Shown: piece after piece, positions 21,346 to 34,275 of the stretch
Layout of the letters: each line of letters begins with the position of its first letter
Numbering within the stretch: the first letter of the stretch is position 1
NCBI GenBank assembly: GCA_950097015.1
Contig: CATNEN010000038.1
Span: 248,001-312,000, forward strand
DNA: 64,000 nucleotides
Origin: Macrostomum hystrix
Taxonomy: Eukaryota; Animalia; Platyhelminthes
Reading direction: 5' to 3'
Made by a program: the position numbers and the translations under genes
The notes under the pieces: generated by a model
The model's database searches: none
What the model saw: the letters and a program-made list of their open reading frames with translations, nothing else
Told to the model about the DNA's origin: nothing

Positions 21346-21525
21346 CGTTCATGTGGACATTGTAACGAATCCTTCTTCTACCAGAGCCGCCAACGAAGCT
21401 CATCGACTTTCTGCGTACAAGAAACACGATGACAATCAGCACAGTGACAATCACTGCCACCGCCACGAATAGGCCCACGTAGATAGCAATGTTGCTCAGG
21501 GCCGTGAGACTGTGCGACCCGGTTC
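21346..21525 (-). CDS. unc-5: UNC-5 exon 6 (transmembrane helix)
   Basis: NIAIYVGLFVAVAVIVTVLIVIVFLVRRK is a TM helix with a basic stop-transfer. Acceptor ccgcag, donor gtgagt, phase 1-1. Confidence 0.92.
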
Positions 21526-21569
21526 CTGCGGTTTCAATAGGTAGATGATTTTTGAGCCAATCTCTCGCA

Positions 21570-22422
21570 TTCCATTCTCCCTTCACTCTCCCTTCATTGT
21601 CCCTGCACTCTCCCTTCATTGTCCCTGCACTCTCCCTCCATTCTCCCTTCATTCTCTCTTCAATCTCCTTTCATCCTTCCTTTATTATATCTTCATTCTC
21701 CCTTCAATCTCCCTTCAATCTCCCTTCAATCTCCCTTCAATCTCCCTTCAATCTCCCTTCAATCTCCCTTCAATCTCCCTTCAATCTCCCTTCAATCTCC
21801 CTTTACTCTATCTACACTCTCCCTTCCCTCTCCCTTCATTGTCACTGCACTCTCCCTTCATTGTCACTGCACTCTCCCTTCATTGTCACTGCACTCTCCC
21901 TTCATTGTCACTGCACTCTCCCTTCATTGTCACTGCACTCTCCCTTCATTGTCACTGCACTCTCCATTCATTGTCACTGCACTCTCCCTTCATTGTCACT
22001 GCACTCTCCCTTCATTGTCACTGCACTCTCCCTTCATTGTCACTGCACTCTCCCTTCATTGTCACTGCACTCTCCCTTCATTGTCACTGCACTCTCCCTT
22101 CATTGTCACTGCACTCTCCCTTCATTGTCACTGCACTCTCCCTTCATTGTCACTGCACTCTCCCTTCATTGTCACTGCACTCTCCCTTCATTGTCACTGC
22201 ACTCTCCCTTCATTGTCACTGCACTCTCCCTTCATTCTACCTTCACTCTACCTTCATTCTCTCTTCAATCTCTCTTCATTCTCACTTTTTTATTTTCCCT
22301 TCATTCTCCCTTCATTCTCCCTTCATTCTCCCTTCAATCTCTCTTTAATCTCCCTTCCCTCTCCCTTCATTGTCCCTGCACTCTCCCTCCATTCTCCCTT
22401 CATTCTCTCTTCAATCTCCCTT
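21570..22422 (+). repeat. compound 22-bp (CTCCCTTCATTGTCACTGCACT) and 11-bp (CAATCTCCCTT) minisatellite
   Basis: Direct reading. Confidence 0.95.
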
Positions 22423-22959
22423 GACTCTACCTACACTCTCGGCCTCCAACTTTGACTTGGACTCAACCACGCTAGATGAATTCCTCGCACCAAAATCTCA
22501 CAATTCCCTTAAGATTGATTTGCTAATTTGTGACCAGGCCTAAGTCCGCGCATTACAGGATGACGCAGTTTCTGAGCTGGCAACTGGAACTTATCTCTGG
22601 CCCGTCGCCTCATTGCCCTGAAATTAACTCTTCTTTTCGCTCGCAACTTATGCAGCCTCATCTGTGCTCAGTGCAGTTTGAGTAGATTTTGCCAATTTCC
22701 CGACGGATAAGACATCCCCTGTCCGTAATGGATCCCATTTCTAGTTTGCTCCACTAAGTCACTTCCTTGCATATTAGCCTTAGCAACTGTTTCTTTTTTT
22801 GAGTATTTTTGGTGTTCGCACGCCAAGTTTCTGTTTGCATTGCAATTAGCAGAACTGCATTTGATTTGTTACAGTCATTGCTGCTTTTGCTGCATTCTTG
22901 TTCAAAGAAAATTACTGGAACTCCATTTGGTTCTGAACTATCGCTTGGAATGGGATGAC

Positions 22960-23420
22960 GAAAGACCCCTATAGGCTCAGGAAATCAGATGGTGAAGTTT
23001 CAGGGTTATGTAGTGGAGACAGAACCTCAAGGTTAACAAAGACCCCTGATGGCTCAGGAAATCAGATGGTGAAGTTTCAGGGTTATGTAGTGGAGACAGA
23101 ACCTCAAGGTTAACAAAGACCCCTGATGGCTCAGGAAATCAGATGGTGAAGTTTCAGGGTTATGTAGTGGAGACAGAACCTCAAGGTTAACAAAGACCTC
23201 TGAAGGTTCATTAGAAATTGCTAAGCAAATACCCATGACGGTTAAAAACTAGGTAGTGAACAAAGACCTCTAAAGGTTCAGAATTGGGTAGTGAACAAAG
23301 ACCTCTGAAAGTTCAATATAAATTATTAAACAAAGACCCATGAAGTTTAAAAACTAGGTTGTGAACAAAACCCTCTAAAGGTTCAAAATAGGTTAGTGGA
23401 TAAAGACCTATGAAGGTTTC
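22960..23420 (+). repeat. 77-bp tandem repeat x3 followed by shorter degenerate AACAAAGACCTCTGAAGGTTCA units
   Basis: GGCTCAGGAAATC starts at 22974, 23051 and 23128. Confidence 0.9.
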
Positions 23421-24344
23421 GGGGTTCAATTAGTTGAGGGAAATTGATTCATTTTTAGTAAAAAAATTGCACTGTTTTTTGGGATTGTTGCAAATGCTGA
23501 AGGAAAATAAAGACCCATTTTTTAATGACGAATAGGAAGAGATAAAACCGATAATTTAATCCACCCAGTAGGGGGGAATAACCTACCCTTGTTTCCGTTT
23601 TCGTTGATATACGAATGCAGTGCCGGGTCGCCTTCTGAAATGTAACATTTTTTAAATGAGTGCTCAGAAATATGGGAAATCTTAAAGTGCATGAGAATGT
23701 TAAAGAAAAATTTGCAGCTGAACTGTCAACGCAATATTGACAAGCAGCACAAGATGCTTGGGATAACAGAGTAGAAGTTATCCCAATTTGTTAAAATATG
23801 ATATGTACAAATTGCAGAGGGCAGAGGGACGTTTCGGATCTGCAATAAATATTGGGATTATTCTGCTATAGAGCTGGAAAAAAAACAAAACAGAAGATAC
23901 AGAAAGCCTCCCCAATGCTCCGCATGACTCATGCTACCTGTGAGGCCAGTAGGGTTATCGGATAGATTGGCACGGGATAAGTGGGAAATAAATTTAGAAA
24001 TATCAGTTTAGCTACGCGCCTGGGTGATGTGAGTTGAGGTCTACAGGTTGGGAACTCAAACTAATGATTGTCAGAGACTTATGGCTTGTTTGTGTGTATT
24101 GGCTGCATTATCCAGCAACAGGACTACAATGTACCTTGCTTGTCCTTGGGCTACAGTACCGGTTTGTAGTTGATTGGATAAACCAATCATTTAGAATATA
24201 ATACAATAATTCTAGATAATCTGCTCGCGGGTGGAGGAAGTGATTTGGTTTTGAAAAAAGTTACCTAAAGTACTTTGATAGATAAAACTAAAGGCACATT
24301 GGGTGTTGAAGTACAACTGGGGTAGACGGAGGGACAGAAAGATT

Positions 24345-24885
24345 GAGAGGGAGGTGAAGGGGAAGAGGGAGGGGAAGATGAAGGGAAGAGGGAGGGCGAG
24401 ATGAAGGGGAAGAGGGAGGGAGAGATGAAGGGGAAGATGGAGGGTGAGATGAAGGGGAAGAGGAAGGGCGAGATGAAGGGGAAGATGGAGGGCGAGATGA
24501 AGGGGAAGAGGGAGGGCGAGATGAAGGGGAAAAGGGAGGGCGAGATGAAGGGGAAGAGGGAGATGGAGATGGAGAAGATGGAGAACGGGAGGGAGGAGGG
24601 GGAGATGGAGAGGGAGATGGAGGGGAGATAGAGGGAAGATAGAGGGGAGATGGAGGGGAGATGGAGGGGGGAGAGGGAGATGGAGGGGAGAGAGGGAGAT
24701 GGAGGGGGAGAGGGAAATGGAGGAGGAGAGGGAGATGGAGGGGAGAGAGATGGAGATGGAGGGTGAGAGGGAGATGGAGGGGGAGGGAGATGGAGGTGGA
24801 GAGGGAGATGGAGGTGGGAGATAGAGGGGAGATGGAGGGGAGATGGAGGGGAGATGGAGGGTGGAGAGGGGAGGGGAAGAAGAGA
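24345..24885 (+). repeat. polypurine tract with 24-bp units (GAGATGAAGGGGAAGAGGGAGGGC) grading into GGAGATGGAGG
   Basis: Direct reading. Confidence 0.9.
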
Positions 24886-25618
24886 CAGGAGCGAATCTGT
24901 GAGTTTCAAGAACAGACCCATGTGGGTCAGGGGCTGGAATAGCAACAGAGATTAGGCATAGGATTCCTCCGAGCTCACAGCGCGCATGCAGATTGCGGTG
25001 CAGAGTGAAATGAATTTTTTCTATTTTTGTCGGTCCAAGCTGGTCGCAGTGAATGCAAGGCCAGGCCGCAGCCAGAAATTAGCTGGAATTGTCAAGATGC
25101 CGAGGGGTCTCAGCTGCGGCCTGATCTCCCGGCTCTGGGGTCGGGGGTGGGTGAGCTGCGAAGATTTTGAAGCTCAGAGCAGCCTCCGGGGAAATTCACA
25201 AACCCGGCTGGAGGGCGCTAAGATTGGGAAGAGGGGCGGGAAAAGACTGGAGGAACCGCCATTCCCGCTCTGCGCTGAAAACTTCCCTGAGAACAGTCCA
25301 GAGCGGCATAGTAAGAGGAGCTTTAGTCTGTCCGAATTCAGTTTGAGCAGTCAGCTCAACACTCATTGCGCAATGCTAGCTAGAATGCCTCACAAATATG
25401 TGACCCGGCTGGGACAAGACTTGAGCAAATGGGCCAGTTCAATAGAGTCGAGAACATTTCCCGTGAATTTGCTACCGATAGTAATTAATTCTCCTTGATC
25501 CCATCCATAACTACTGCCTAAACTCCGTTTCATTCTCGAGCTTCTTCCACCTCCTTCCCTCATCTCCTCCTCTGAAATCCCAGCCTTCATTGATCCCAAA
25601 TTCGTGTCGAGTACTAAC

Positions 25619-25858
25619 TTTTGCACAAATCACCGCCCGTGCAGTTTCTCAGCTGTCTGGCGCCTCCGACCATCTCAACGACTTCCGCGTCGTCAGCTGA
25701 CGCCGACAATGACGCCAGCGTGCCGCCTCCGGGTTGGTCGCTGCTGCACACTGCGCCTCCGTTGCTAGGCGGCGGGTTGTTGCACAGACGCTGGCGCACA
25801 GAAACACAGTCCGCGTTGCACATCCCCCAGCTGCTCCAATGTCCCCACTTGCCGTCCA
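25619..25858 (-). CDS. unc-5: UNC-5 exon 5 (second TSP1 repeat)
   Basis: VDGKWGHWSSWGMCNADCVSVRQRLCNNPPPSNGGAVC...RNCTGGDLC. Acceptor tttcag, donor gttagt, phase 1-1. Confidence 0.95.
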
Positions 25859-26727
25859 CTGAAATTGTTTAAGGTTGTCGACGTTCTTGTCAGACAATGC
25901 ATGCCGCCTGTCATTTCACTCCCGCTATTCACTCTTGGCCTCCTCATGAATCATCATTCATTTTTTATCTCCTCACACTCTTGCTCTCCCTCTCTCCCCC
26001 CTATCTCTGATCAGCCAGTTTTAGTTAAATTTGTTTAAATCGTTTGCTGAATAATTAGCCCTAATTATGAACATTAATGTACTTTTTCCGTGGATGTAGA
26101 AAAAAACCAGTGGATTCAACGATTCAATATTTACATTCAAGGGCTGTATTGAAACATTGTGTCACTCTTCCCAAGCGGCCATTGTGGAAACAAATTTCCC
26201 CAACCAAAATCGTTTTTGTATGGTTTAGTAGATGAATGCATTTTCCATTTCAGAACTAAACCAAACCAAGACAATTCACAACAGAAAAATACACTTCTTT
26301 ACCGAAGAAGATGGTTTTCAACTTGTTCAAGAACCTATTCACAGGATTTTGAGGAAAATCAAAATGTCACTGGCCCGTAGGGGTGCAGATTTCTGCTTTC
26401 AAGTGCATTGCGGAGCACTGGACGAACGGGAAGATTTCTTGGGATAAATAGATAAAAGTGACTCGCTCCTCCCACTGATTCAATAGCAACGGAGAGACAG
26501 ACATGGGAGAGTGTGTTGAAAGCGCCGACTATCCGGTGAAGTGATTCTAAACTTTGCCTGACATTGTTTACGGTAAAGTTGAAGCGACTGAACTTGCGTT
26601 GAAAAAAACCAGAGCCAGCGAGCCACAGTCTTGCAGGAACACCAGGGAGTTCGCATTGCACTTTTAGACAATTTTAAACTTCAAGAAACTGTTCAGAAAC
26701 CTTATTCTTTGTTTGAATTAACGATTA

Positions 26728-28212
26728 ACGTTTCTAAGAAACTAGTAAACTTGCTGTTTGTTCTACTTCACGAGAAACGTTTCTAAGAAACCAGTAAACT
26801 TGCTGCTTCTTCTAATTCACGAGAAACGTTTCTAAGAAACTAGTAAACTTGCTGTTTGTTCTACTTCACGAGAAACGTTTCTAAGAAACCAGTAAACTTG
26901 CTGCTTCTTCTAATTCACGAGAAACGTTTATAAGAAACTACTAAACTTGCTGTTTGTTCTACTTCACGAGAAACGTTTCTAAGAAACTAGTAAACTTGCT
27001 GTTTGTTCTACTTCACGAGAAACGTTTCTAAGAAACTAGTAAACTTGCTGTTTGTTCTACTTCACGAGAAACGTTTCTAAGAAACTAGTAAACTTGCTGT
27101 TTGTTCTACTTCACGAGAAACGTTTCTAAGAAACTAGTAAACTTGCTGTTTGTTCTACTTCACGAGAAACGTTTCTAAGAAACTAGTAAACTTGCTGTTT
27201 GTTCTACTTCACGAGAAACGTTTCTAAGAAGCTAGTAAACTTGCTGTTTGTTCTACTTCACGAGAAACGTTTCTAAGAAACTAGTAAACTTGCTGTTTGT
27301 TCTACTTCACGAGAAACGTTTCTAAGAAACTAGTAAACTTGCTGTTTGTTCTACTTCACGAGAAACGTTTCTAAGAAACTAGTAAACTTGCTGTTTGTTC
27401 TACTTCACGAGAAACGTTTCTAAGAAACTAGTAAACTTGCTGTTTGTTCTACTTCACGAGAAACGTTTCTAAGAAACTAGTAAACTTGCTGTTTGTTCTA
27501 CTTCACGAGAAACGTTTCTAAGAAACCAGTAAACTTGCTGCTTCTTCTAATTCACGAGAAACGTTTATAAGAAACTACTAAACTTGCTATTTGTTCTACT
27601 TCACGAGAAACGTTTCTAAGAAACTAGTAAACTTGCTGTTTGTTCTACTTCACGAGAAACGTTTCTAAGAAACTAGTAAACTTGCTGTTTGTTCTACTTC
27701 ACGAGAAACGTTTCTAAGAAACTAGTAAACTTGCTGTTTGTTCTACTTCACGAGAAACGTTTCTAAGAAACTAGTAAACTTGCTGTTTGTTCTACTTCAC
27801 GAGAAAAGTTTCGAAGAAACCAGTAAACTTGCTGTTTGTTCTACTTCACGAGAAACGTTTCTAAGAAACTAGTAAACTTGCTGTTTGTTCTACTTCACGA
27901 GAAAAGTTTCGAAGAAACCAGTAAACTTGCTGTTTGTTCTACTTCACGAGAAACGTTTCTAAGAAACTAGTAAACTTGCTGTTTGTTCTACTTCACGAGA
28001 AACGTTTCTAAGAAACTAGTAAACTTGCTGTTTGTTCTACTTCACGAGAAACGTTTCTAAGAAGCTAGTAAACTTGCTGTTTGTTCTACTTCACGAGAAA
28101 CGTTTCTAAGAAACTAGTAAACTTGCTGTTTGTTCTACTTCACGAGAAACGTTTCTAAGAAACTAGTAAACTTGCTGTTTGTTCCACTTAATTATTAACG
28201 TTTCCAAGAAAC
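26728..28212 (+). repeat. 49-bp minisatellite (GAAACGTTTCTAAGAAACTAGTAAACTTGCTGTTTGTTCTACTTCACGA), ~30 copies
   Basis: Period 49 measured at 27001/27050. Units are near-identical. Confidence 0.97.
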
Positions 28213-28283
28213 GAAAGGAAATTTCGTAGAAAGCAACGGACAAAGTTTGTTTGAATTTAACCGATGATTCACATTTTTAAGCA

Positions 28284-28403
28284 GGGGTTGTAGCTTAGTG
28301 GTTAGAGCCTCTGAGTCACGACTTGAAGGTAGGGGGTTCGATTCCCGACTTCACTGGAACAATTTATGTCCTTTAGACTTCAGCAAGACACTTAACTCTG
28401 CAT
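28284..28403 (+). mobile_element. tRNA-derived SINE family 1 (CORE-like), 3'-truncated
   Basis: A box TAGCTTAGTGGTTAGAG, B box GGTTCGATTCC, then GTCCTT..AGCAAGACACTTAACTCTG resembling the CORE-SINE domain. Second copy at 62070-62213. Confidence 0.75.
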
Positions 28404-29077
28404 AAAAGGACTAATTCAATGCTTCAAACAATCGATTAAAATTTCTTCACCAAATAAATTTCGATTGATCTTGGCAACTGCCTAGCAACCGCCTAGTGAC
28501 ACAGACAAGCAAGACTCGGGTCACGGCCTCCCGTATCTCCAGGAGCTGCTGCCTAATCAAATAAAAGCAATGAGTCTGGCCAGCTTCCTGCCTTTGGAAA
28601 TTGAGAGTGCAGAAGCTTTCACTGTCGCTTCGATCCTCTGCCTGTCTTGACAGCCCCTCTTCTGCTTTCAGCTTTCTGTCCCATTCCTATAGGCTGCAAA
28701 TTAGCATTTTAAGCTGCTTCGAGTGACAAAAAAACAAAACTCGTTTGCTTGTTTCCATGCAGTGTACAGTGGCTTTTTGTCCCGGAATGAAAAGCAGTAG
28801 AAATAATTTTTTTTCAAAAGCTGAAACGACAATGTCATAATTTCAGATTTTTTGTGACGATCTTGATTCATGTGCCCTCGCCTAGTGATTTCTGTTTTGT
28901 AAAACAAATCGAATTGAATGGGGACAATTTGAGATGCAAAATTTCAGGAATCAAGAGACATGACTGGGTTGTAAAGGAGTATTAAAGTATTAAAGGGGAG
29001 AATAATATACCCGCTTGCAAAACCCGCTTTTGAGCATTCTGTCTCACTCTCCAGTAATTCACTTCCTCAAAAGAACT

Positions 29078-29802
29078 TCCCACTCCCTTCATCCCACTCC
29101 CTTCATCCCACTCCCTTCATCCCACTCCCTTCATCCCACTCCCTTCATCCCACTCCCTTCATCCCACTCCCTTCATCCCACTCCCTTCATCCCACTCCCT
29201 TCATCCCACTCCCTTCATCCCACTCCCTTCATCCCACTCCCTTCATCCCACTCCCTTCATCCCACTCCCTTCATCCCACTCCCTTCATCCCACTCCCTTC
29301 ATCCCACTCCCTTCATCCCACTCCCTTCATCCCACTCCCTTCATCCCACTCCCTTCATCCCACTCCCTTCATCCCACTCCCTTCATCCCACTCCCTTCAT
29401 CCCACTCCCTTCATCCCACTCCCTTCATCCCACTCCCTTCATCCCACTCCCTTCATCCCACTCCCTTCATCCCACTCCCTTCATCCCACTCCCTTCATCC
29501 CACTCTCTTCATCCCACTCCCTTCATCCCACTCCCTTCGTCCCACTCTCTTCATCCCACTCTCTTCATCCCACTCCCTTCATCCCACTCCCTTCATCCCA
29601 CTCCCTTCATCCCACTCCCTTCATCCCACTCTCTTCATCCCACTCCCTTCATCCCACTCCCTTCATCCCACTCCCTTCATCCCACTCCCTTCGTCCCACT
29701 CTCTTCATCCCACTCCCTTCATCCCACTCCCTTCGTCCCACTCCCTTCATCCCACTCCCTTCATCCCACTCCCTTCATCCCACTCCCTTCATCCCACTCC
29801 CT
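29078..29802 (+). repeat. 14-bp minisatellite (CCCACTCCCTTCAT), ~52 copies
   Basis: Direct reading. Abuts the unc-5 exon 4 donor. Confidence 0.97.
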
Positions 29803-29808
29803 CTTTAC

Positions 29809-30027
29809 CTCGGCAGCTGTCGCTGCAGCGTAGTCGCTGGCTGCGCTCGCCGATGCACGGCCGACCCCCCAGCTGGGGCTCCGGGCTGTTGCAGTAGCGC
29901 AGCCGGCTGCGCCACTGATTGAAGCAGACCTCCGGGCAAGCCGACTTGGCGCCGACTTCCGAGTCCTCCGTCCGACAGCCCGCATCGCAGCCCTGCCAGA
30001 CCGACCAGGGCGACCAGCCGCCGTTCA
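29809..30027 (-). CDS. unc-5: UNC-5 exon 4 (first TSP1 repeat)
   Basis: [14 protein letters not shown]...[29 protein letters not shown]. Acceptor tccgcag, donor gtaaag, phase 1-1. Confidence 0.95.
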
Positions 30028-30067
30028 CTGCGGAGTGCGGCCGTTTGGGAATAGAGAAATGCGAGTG

Positions 30068-30281
30068 ATCTACTCTGCCATCTACTCTGCCATCTACTCT
30101 GCCATCTACTCTGCCATCTACTCTGCCATCTACTCTGCCATCTACTCAGCCATCTACTCAGCCATCTACTCTGCCATCTACTCTGCCATCTACTCTGCCA
30201 TCTACTCTGCCATCTACTCTGCCATCTACTCTGCCATCTACTCTGCCATCTACTCTGCCATCTACTCTGCCATCTACTCTG
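30068..30281 (+). repeat. 12-bp minisatellite (ATCTACTCTGCC), ~18 copies
   Basis: Direct reading. Confidence 0.97.
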
Positions 30282-30285
30282 ACCT

Positions 30286-30650
30286 GGAGGGTCAGTTGCA
30301 GAGCGGTTAACGTGTTTGCCGCTCGCACCAAGGTTCTGAGCTCGATTCCGCGGCGAGGCCACATTCGTTTGGGGCGCAGCCGCGGAGAGAAGGCGTGGGG
30401 GCTTGTCGTGCAATTTGCGCCCTTGACGGCCAACCTCCAAGGCAGTGGAGTGTACACTGCCTGACGATGAGAAAGTCAAGGCAGGTGTACACACCTGTGT
30501 CAGCGAGTGCCTGCGTACAGTATCTGTGTGCGTGTGTGCTCAGGAGTCAGCAGAACGGGCACAAGTGCCTCCTCGCTGGCTGCGGGTCCAGTGCCACCAA
30601 ATGATGTGCCATTTGCCCGCAGCCCTCCTGCAATTATTAGTTTTATTATT
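30286..30650 (+). mobile_element. tRNA-derived SINE family 2, longer copy
   Basis: A-box-like TTGCAGAGCGGTTAA and B-box-like GCTCGATTCC. The first ~115 bp match 62952-63066. Ends in an ATT-rich tail, 3' boundary uncertain. Confidence 0.65.
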
Positions 30651-31156
30651 GTATCTATTCTCCCTGCTTTATTTATATGCCATAGCTACTCTACCATATT
30701 CTCTAGTACTCTTTAGCATCTATTAAAAGAACTTATTCACCCTTTAACGATGCTGTCACCGCAATCTATGAGACCATCTTGACTAAGGGTGAGTTCACGC
30801 CACGTTTATAGACTCAGTTCTGTGGGAATATTTTAAACTGAGCCGCCAAGTCCCCACTCCACCCGAAAATCGAATAAATTCAGAAATTTCCCAATTATAG
30901 AAAACTCATAATTTCCAGTGTGAGGCTGGCCCAATCACGGGTGAGTTGCTCCGTGGGCAGCGTGTATAAAATTAGCGCACATTGATTGATCAGACTGGCT
31001 TTGTTAAGAGGAGTCTGGGTAGAAGGAATCTGAGCCCGCGACACTGGGACCTTCAGCCCGAGAGAATAAATAAGAAAAATAAAGAATTAATGGACCCAGC
31101 TTTTTAAACGGATAATTTATGAACTTTCTCTGTGGGCTCCACTTTCCAGAAAAAAT

Positions 31157-34100
31157 TGGGGAGAATCGAGGAGACAATGGGGAGAATTGAAGAGAGAATA
31201 TGGAGAATTGTAGAGAGAATGGGGAGAATTAAAAAGAGAATGGGGAGAAATGTAGAGAGGATGGGGAGAATTAAAGAGAGGATGGGGAGAATTGAAGTGA
31301 GAATGGGGAGAATGGTAGAGAGGGTGGGGAGAATGGTAGAGAGGGTGGGGAGAATGGTAGAGAGGGTGGGGAGAATGGTTGAGAGGATGGGGAGAATGGT
31401 TGAGAGGGTGGGGAGAACGGTAGTGAGGGTGGGGAGAATGGTAGAGAGGATGGGGATAATGGTTGAGAGGATCGGGAGAACGGTAAAGAGAATAGGGAGA
31501 ATTGAGGAGAGGATGGGGAGAATGGTAGAGAGGATGGGGAGAATGGTAGAGAGGGTGGGGAGAATGGTAGAGAGGGTGGGGAGAATGGTAGAGAGGGTGG
31601 GGAGAATGGTTGAGAGGGTGGGGAGAATGGTAGAGAGGGTGGGGAGAATGGTTGAGAGGATGGGGAGAACGGTAGTGAGGGTGGGGAGAATGGTAGAGAG
31701 GATGGGGATAATGGTTGAGAGGATCGGGAGAACGGTAAAGAGAATAGGGAGAATTGAGGAGAGGATGGGGAGAATTGAAGTGAGAATGGGGAGAATTGTA
31801 GAGAGGATGGGGAGAATGGTAGAGAGGGTGGGGAGAATGGTAGAGAGGGTGGGGAGAATGGTTGAGAGGATGGGGAGAATGTTAGAGAGGGTGGGGAGAA
31901 TGGTAGAGAGGGTGGGGAGAATGGTAGAGAGGATGGGGAGAATGGTAGAGAGGGTGGGGAGAATGGTAGAGAGGATGGGGATAATGGTTGAGAGGATCGG
32001 GAGAACGGTAAAGAGAATAGGGAGAATTGAGGAGAGGATGGGGAGAATGGAAGAGAGGCTGGGGAGAATGGTAGAGAGGATGGGGAGAATGGTTGAGAGG
32101 ATGGCGAGAACGGTAGTGAGGGTGGGGAGAATGGTAGAGAGGGTGGGGAGAATGGTAGAGAGGGTGGGGAGAATGGTTGAGAGGATGGCGAGAACGGTAG
32201 TGAGGGTGGGGAGAATGGTAGAGAGGATGGGGATAATGGTAGAGAGGATGGGGAGAATGGTAGAGAGGATGGGGAGAATGGTTGAGAGGATGGCGAGAAC
32301 GGTAGTGAGGGTGGGGAGAATGGTAGAGAGGGTGGGGAGAATGGTAGAGAGGGTGGGGAGAATGGTTGAGAGGATGGCGAGAACGGTAGTGAGGGTGGGG
32401 AGAATGGTAGAGAGGGTGGCGAGAATGGTAGAGAGGGTGGGGAGAATGGTTGAGAGGGTGGGGGGAATGGTAGAGAGGGTGGGGAGAATGGTAGAGAGGA
32501 TGGGGAGAATGGTAGAGAGGATGGGGAGAATGGTAGAGAGGATGGGGAGAATGGTAGAGAGGATGGGGAGAATGGTAGAGAGGATGGGGAGAATGGTAGA
32601 GAGGGTGGGGAGAATGGTAGAGAGGGTGGCGAGAATGGTAGAGAGGGTGGGGAGAATGGTAGAGAGGGTGGGGAGAATGGTTGAGAGGATGGGGAGAACG
32701 GTAAAGAGAATAGGGAGAATTGAGGAGAGGATGGGGAGAATGGTAGAGAGGATGGGGAGAATGGTAGAGAGGATGGGGAGAATGGTTGAGAGGATGGCGA
32801 GAACGGTAGTGAGGGTGGGGAGAATGGTAGAGAGGGTGGGGAGAATGGTAGAGAGGGTGGGGAGAATGGTTGAGAGGATGGGGAGAATGTTAGAGAGGGT
32901 GGGGAGAATGGTAGAGAGGGTGGGGAGAATGGTAGTGAGGGTGGGGAGAATGGTAGAGAGGATGGGGATAATGGTTGAGAGGATCGGGAGAACGGTAAAG
33001 AGAATAGGGAGAATTGAGGAGAGGATGGGGAGAATGGTAGAGAGGATGGGGAGAATGGTAGAGAGGATGGGGAGAATGGTTGAGAGGATGGCGAGAACGG
33101 TAGTGAGGGTGGGGAGAATGGTAGAGAGGGTGGGGAGAATGGTAGAGAGGGTGGGGAGAATGGTTGAGAGGATGGCGAGAACGGTAGTGAGGGTGGGGAG
33201 AATGGTAGAGAGGATGGGGATAATGGTAGAGAGGATGGGGAGAATGGTAGAGAGGATGGGGAGAATGGTTGAGAGGATGGCGAGAACGGTAGTGAGGGTG
33301 GGGAGAATGGTAGAGAGGGTGGGGAGAATGGTAGAGAGGGTGGGGAGAATGGTTGAGAGGATGGCGAGAACGGTAGTGAGGGTGGGGAGAATGGTAGAGA
33401 GGGTGGCGAGAATGGTAGAGAGGGTGGGGAGAATGGTTGAGAGGGTGGGGGGAATGGTAGAGAGGGTGGGGAGAACGGTAAAGAGAATAGGGAGAATTGA
33501 GGAGAGGATGGGGAGAATGGTAGAGAGGATGGGGATAATGGTTGAGAGGATGGGGAGAACGGTAAAGAGAATAGGGAGAATTGAGGAGAGGATGGGGAGA
33601 ATAGTAGAGAGGATGGGGGAGAATTGAGGATAGGATGGGGATAATGGTTGAGAGAATCGGGAGAACGGTAAAGAGAATAGGGAGAATTGAGGAGAGGATG
33701 GGGAGAATGGTAGAGAGGATGGGGATAATGGTTGAGAGGATGGGGAGAACGGTAAAGAGAATAGGGAGAATTGAGGAGAGGATGGGGAGAATGGTAGAGA
33801 GGATGGGGAGAATAGTAGAGAGGATGGGGGAGAATTGAGGATAGGATGGGGAGAATGGTAGAGAGGATGGGGAGAACGGTAAAGAGAATAGGGAGAATTG
33901 AGGAGAGGATGGGGAGAATGGTAGAGAGGATGGGGATAATGGTAGAGAGGATGGGGATAATGGTAGAGAGGATGGGGATAATGGTAGAGAGGATGGGGAG
34001 AATAGTAGAGAGGATGGGGGAGAATTGAGGAGAGGATGGGGAGAATGGTAGAGAGGATGGGGATAATGGTAGAGAGGATGGGGATAATGGTAGAGAGGAT

Positions 34101-34275
34101 GGGGATAATAGTAGAGAGGATGGGGAGAATAGTAGAGAGGATGGGGGAGAATTGAGGAGAGGATGGGGAGAATGGTAGAGAGGATGGGGATAATGGTAGA
34201 GAGGATGGGGATAATGGTAGAGAGGATGGGGAGAATGGTAGAGAGGATGGGGAGAATTGAGGATATGATGGATAG
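31157..34275 (+). repeat. 21-bp purine-rich satellite (GAGAGGRTGGGGAGAATGGTA) with higher-order blocks, ~145 units
   Basis: Direct reading. Source of the spurious 831-aa and 1049-aa ORFs. Confidence 0.97.

Noticed and set aside
26728-28212. CRISPR-like regular array with palindromic units
   Set aside because: No unique spacers, no cas genes, and a eukaryotic intron context.
28284-28355. tRNA gene
   Set aside because: A and B boxes are present, but the acceptor and anticodon stems are poor, and it continues into a SINE-like body shared with 62070-62213.
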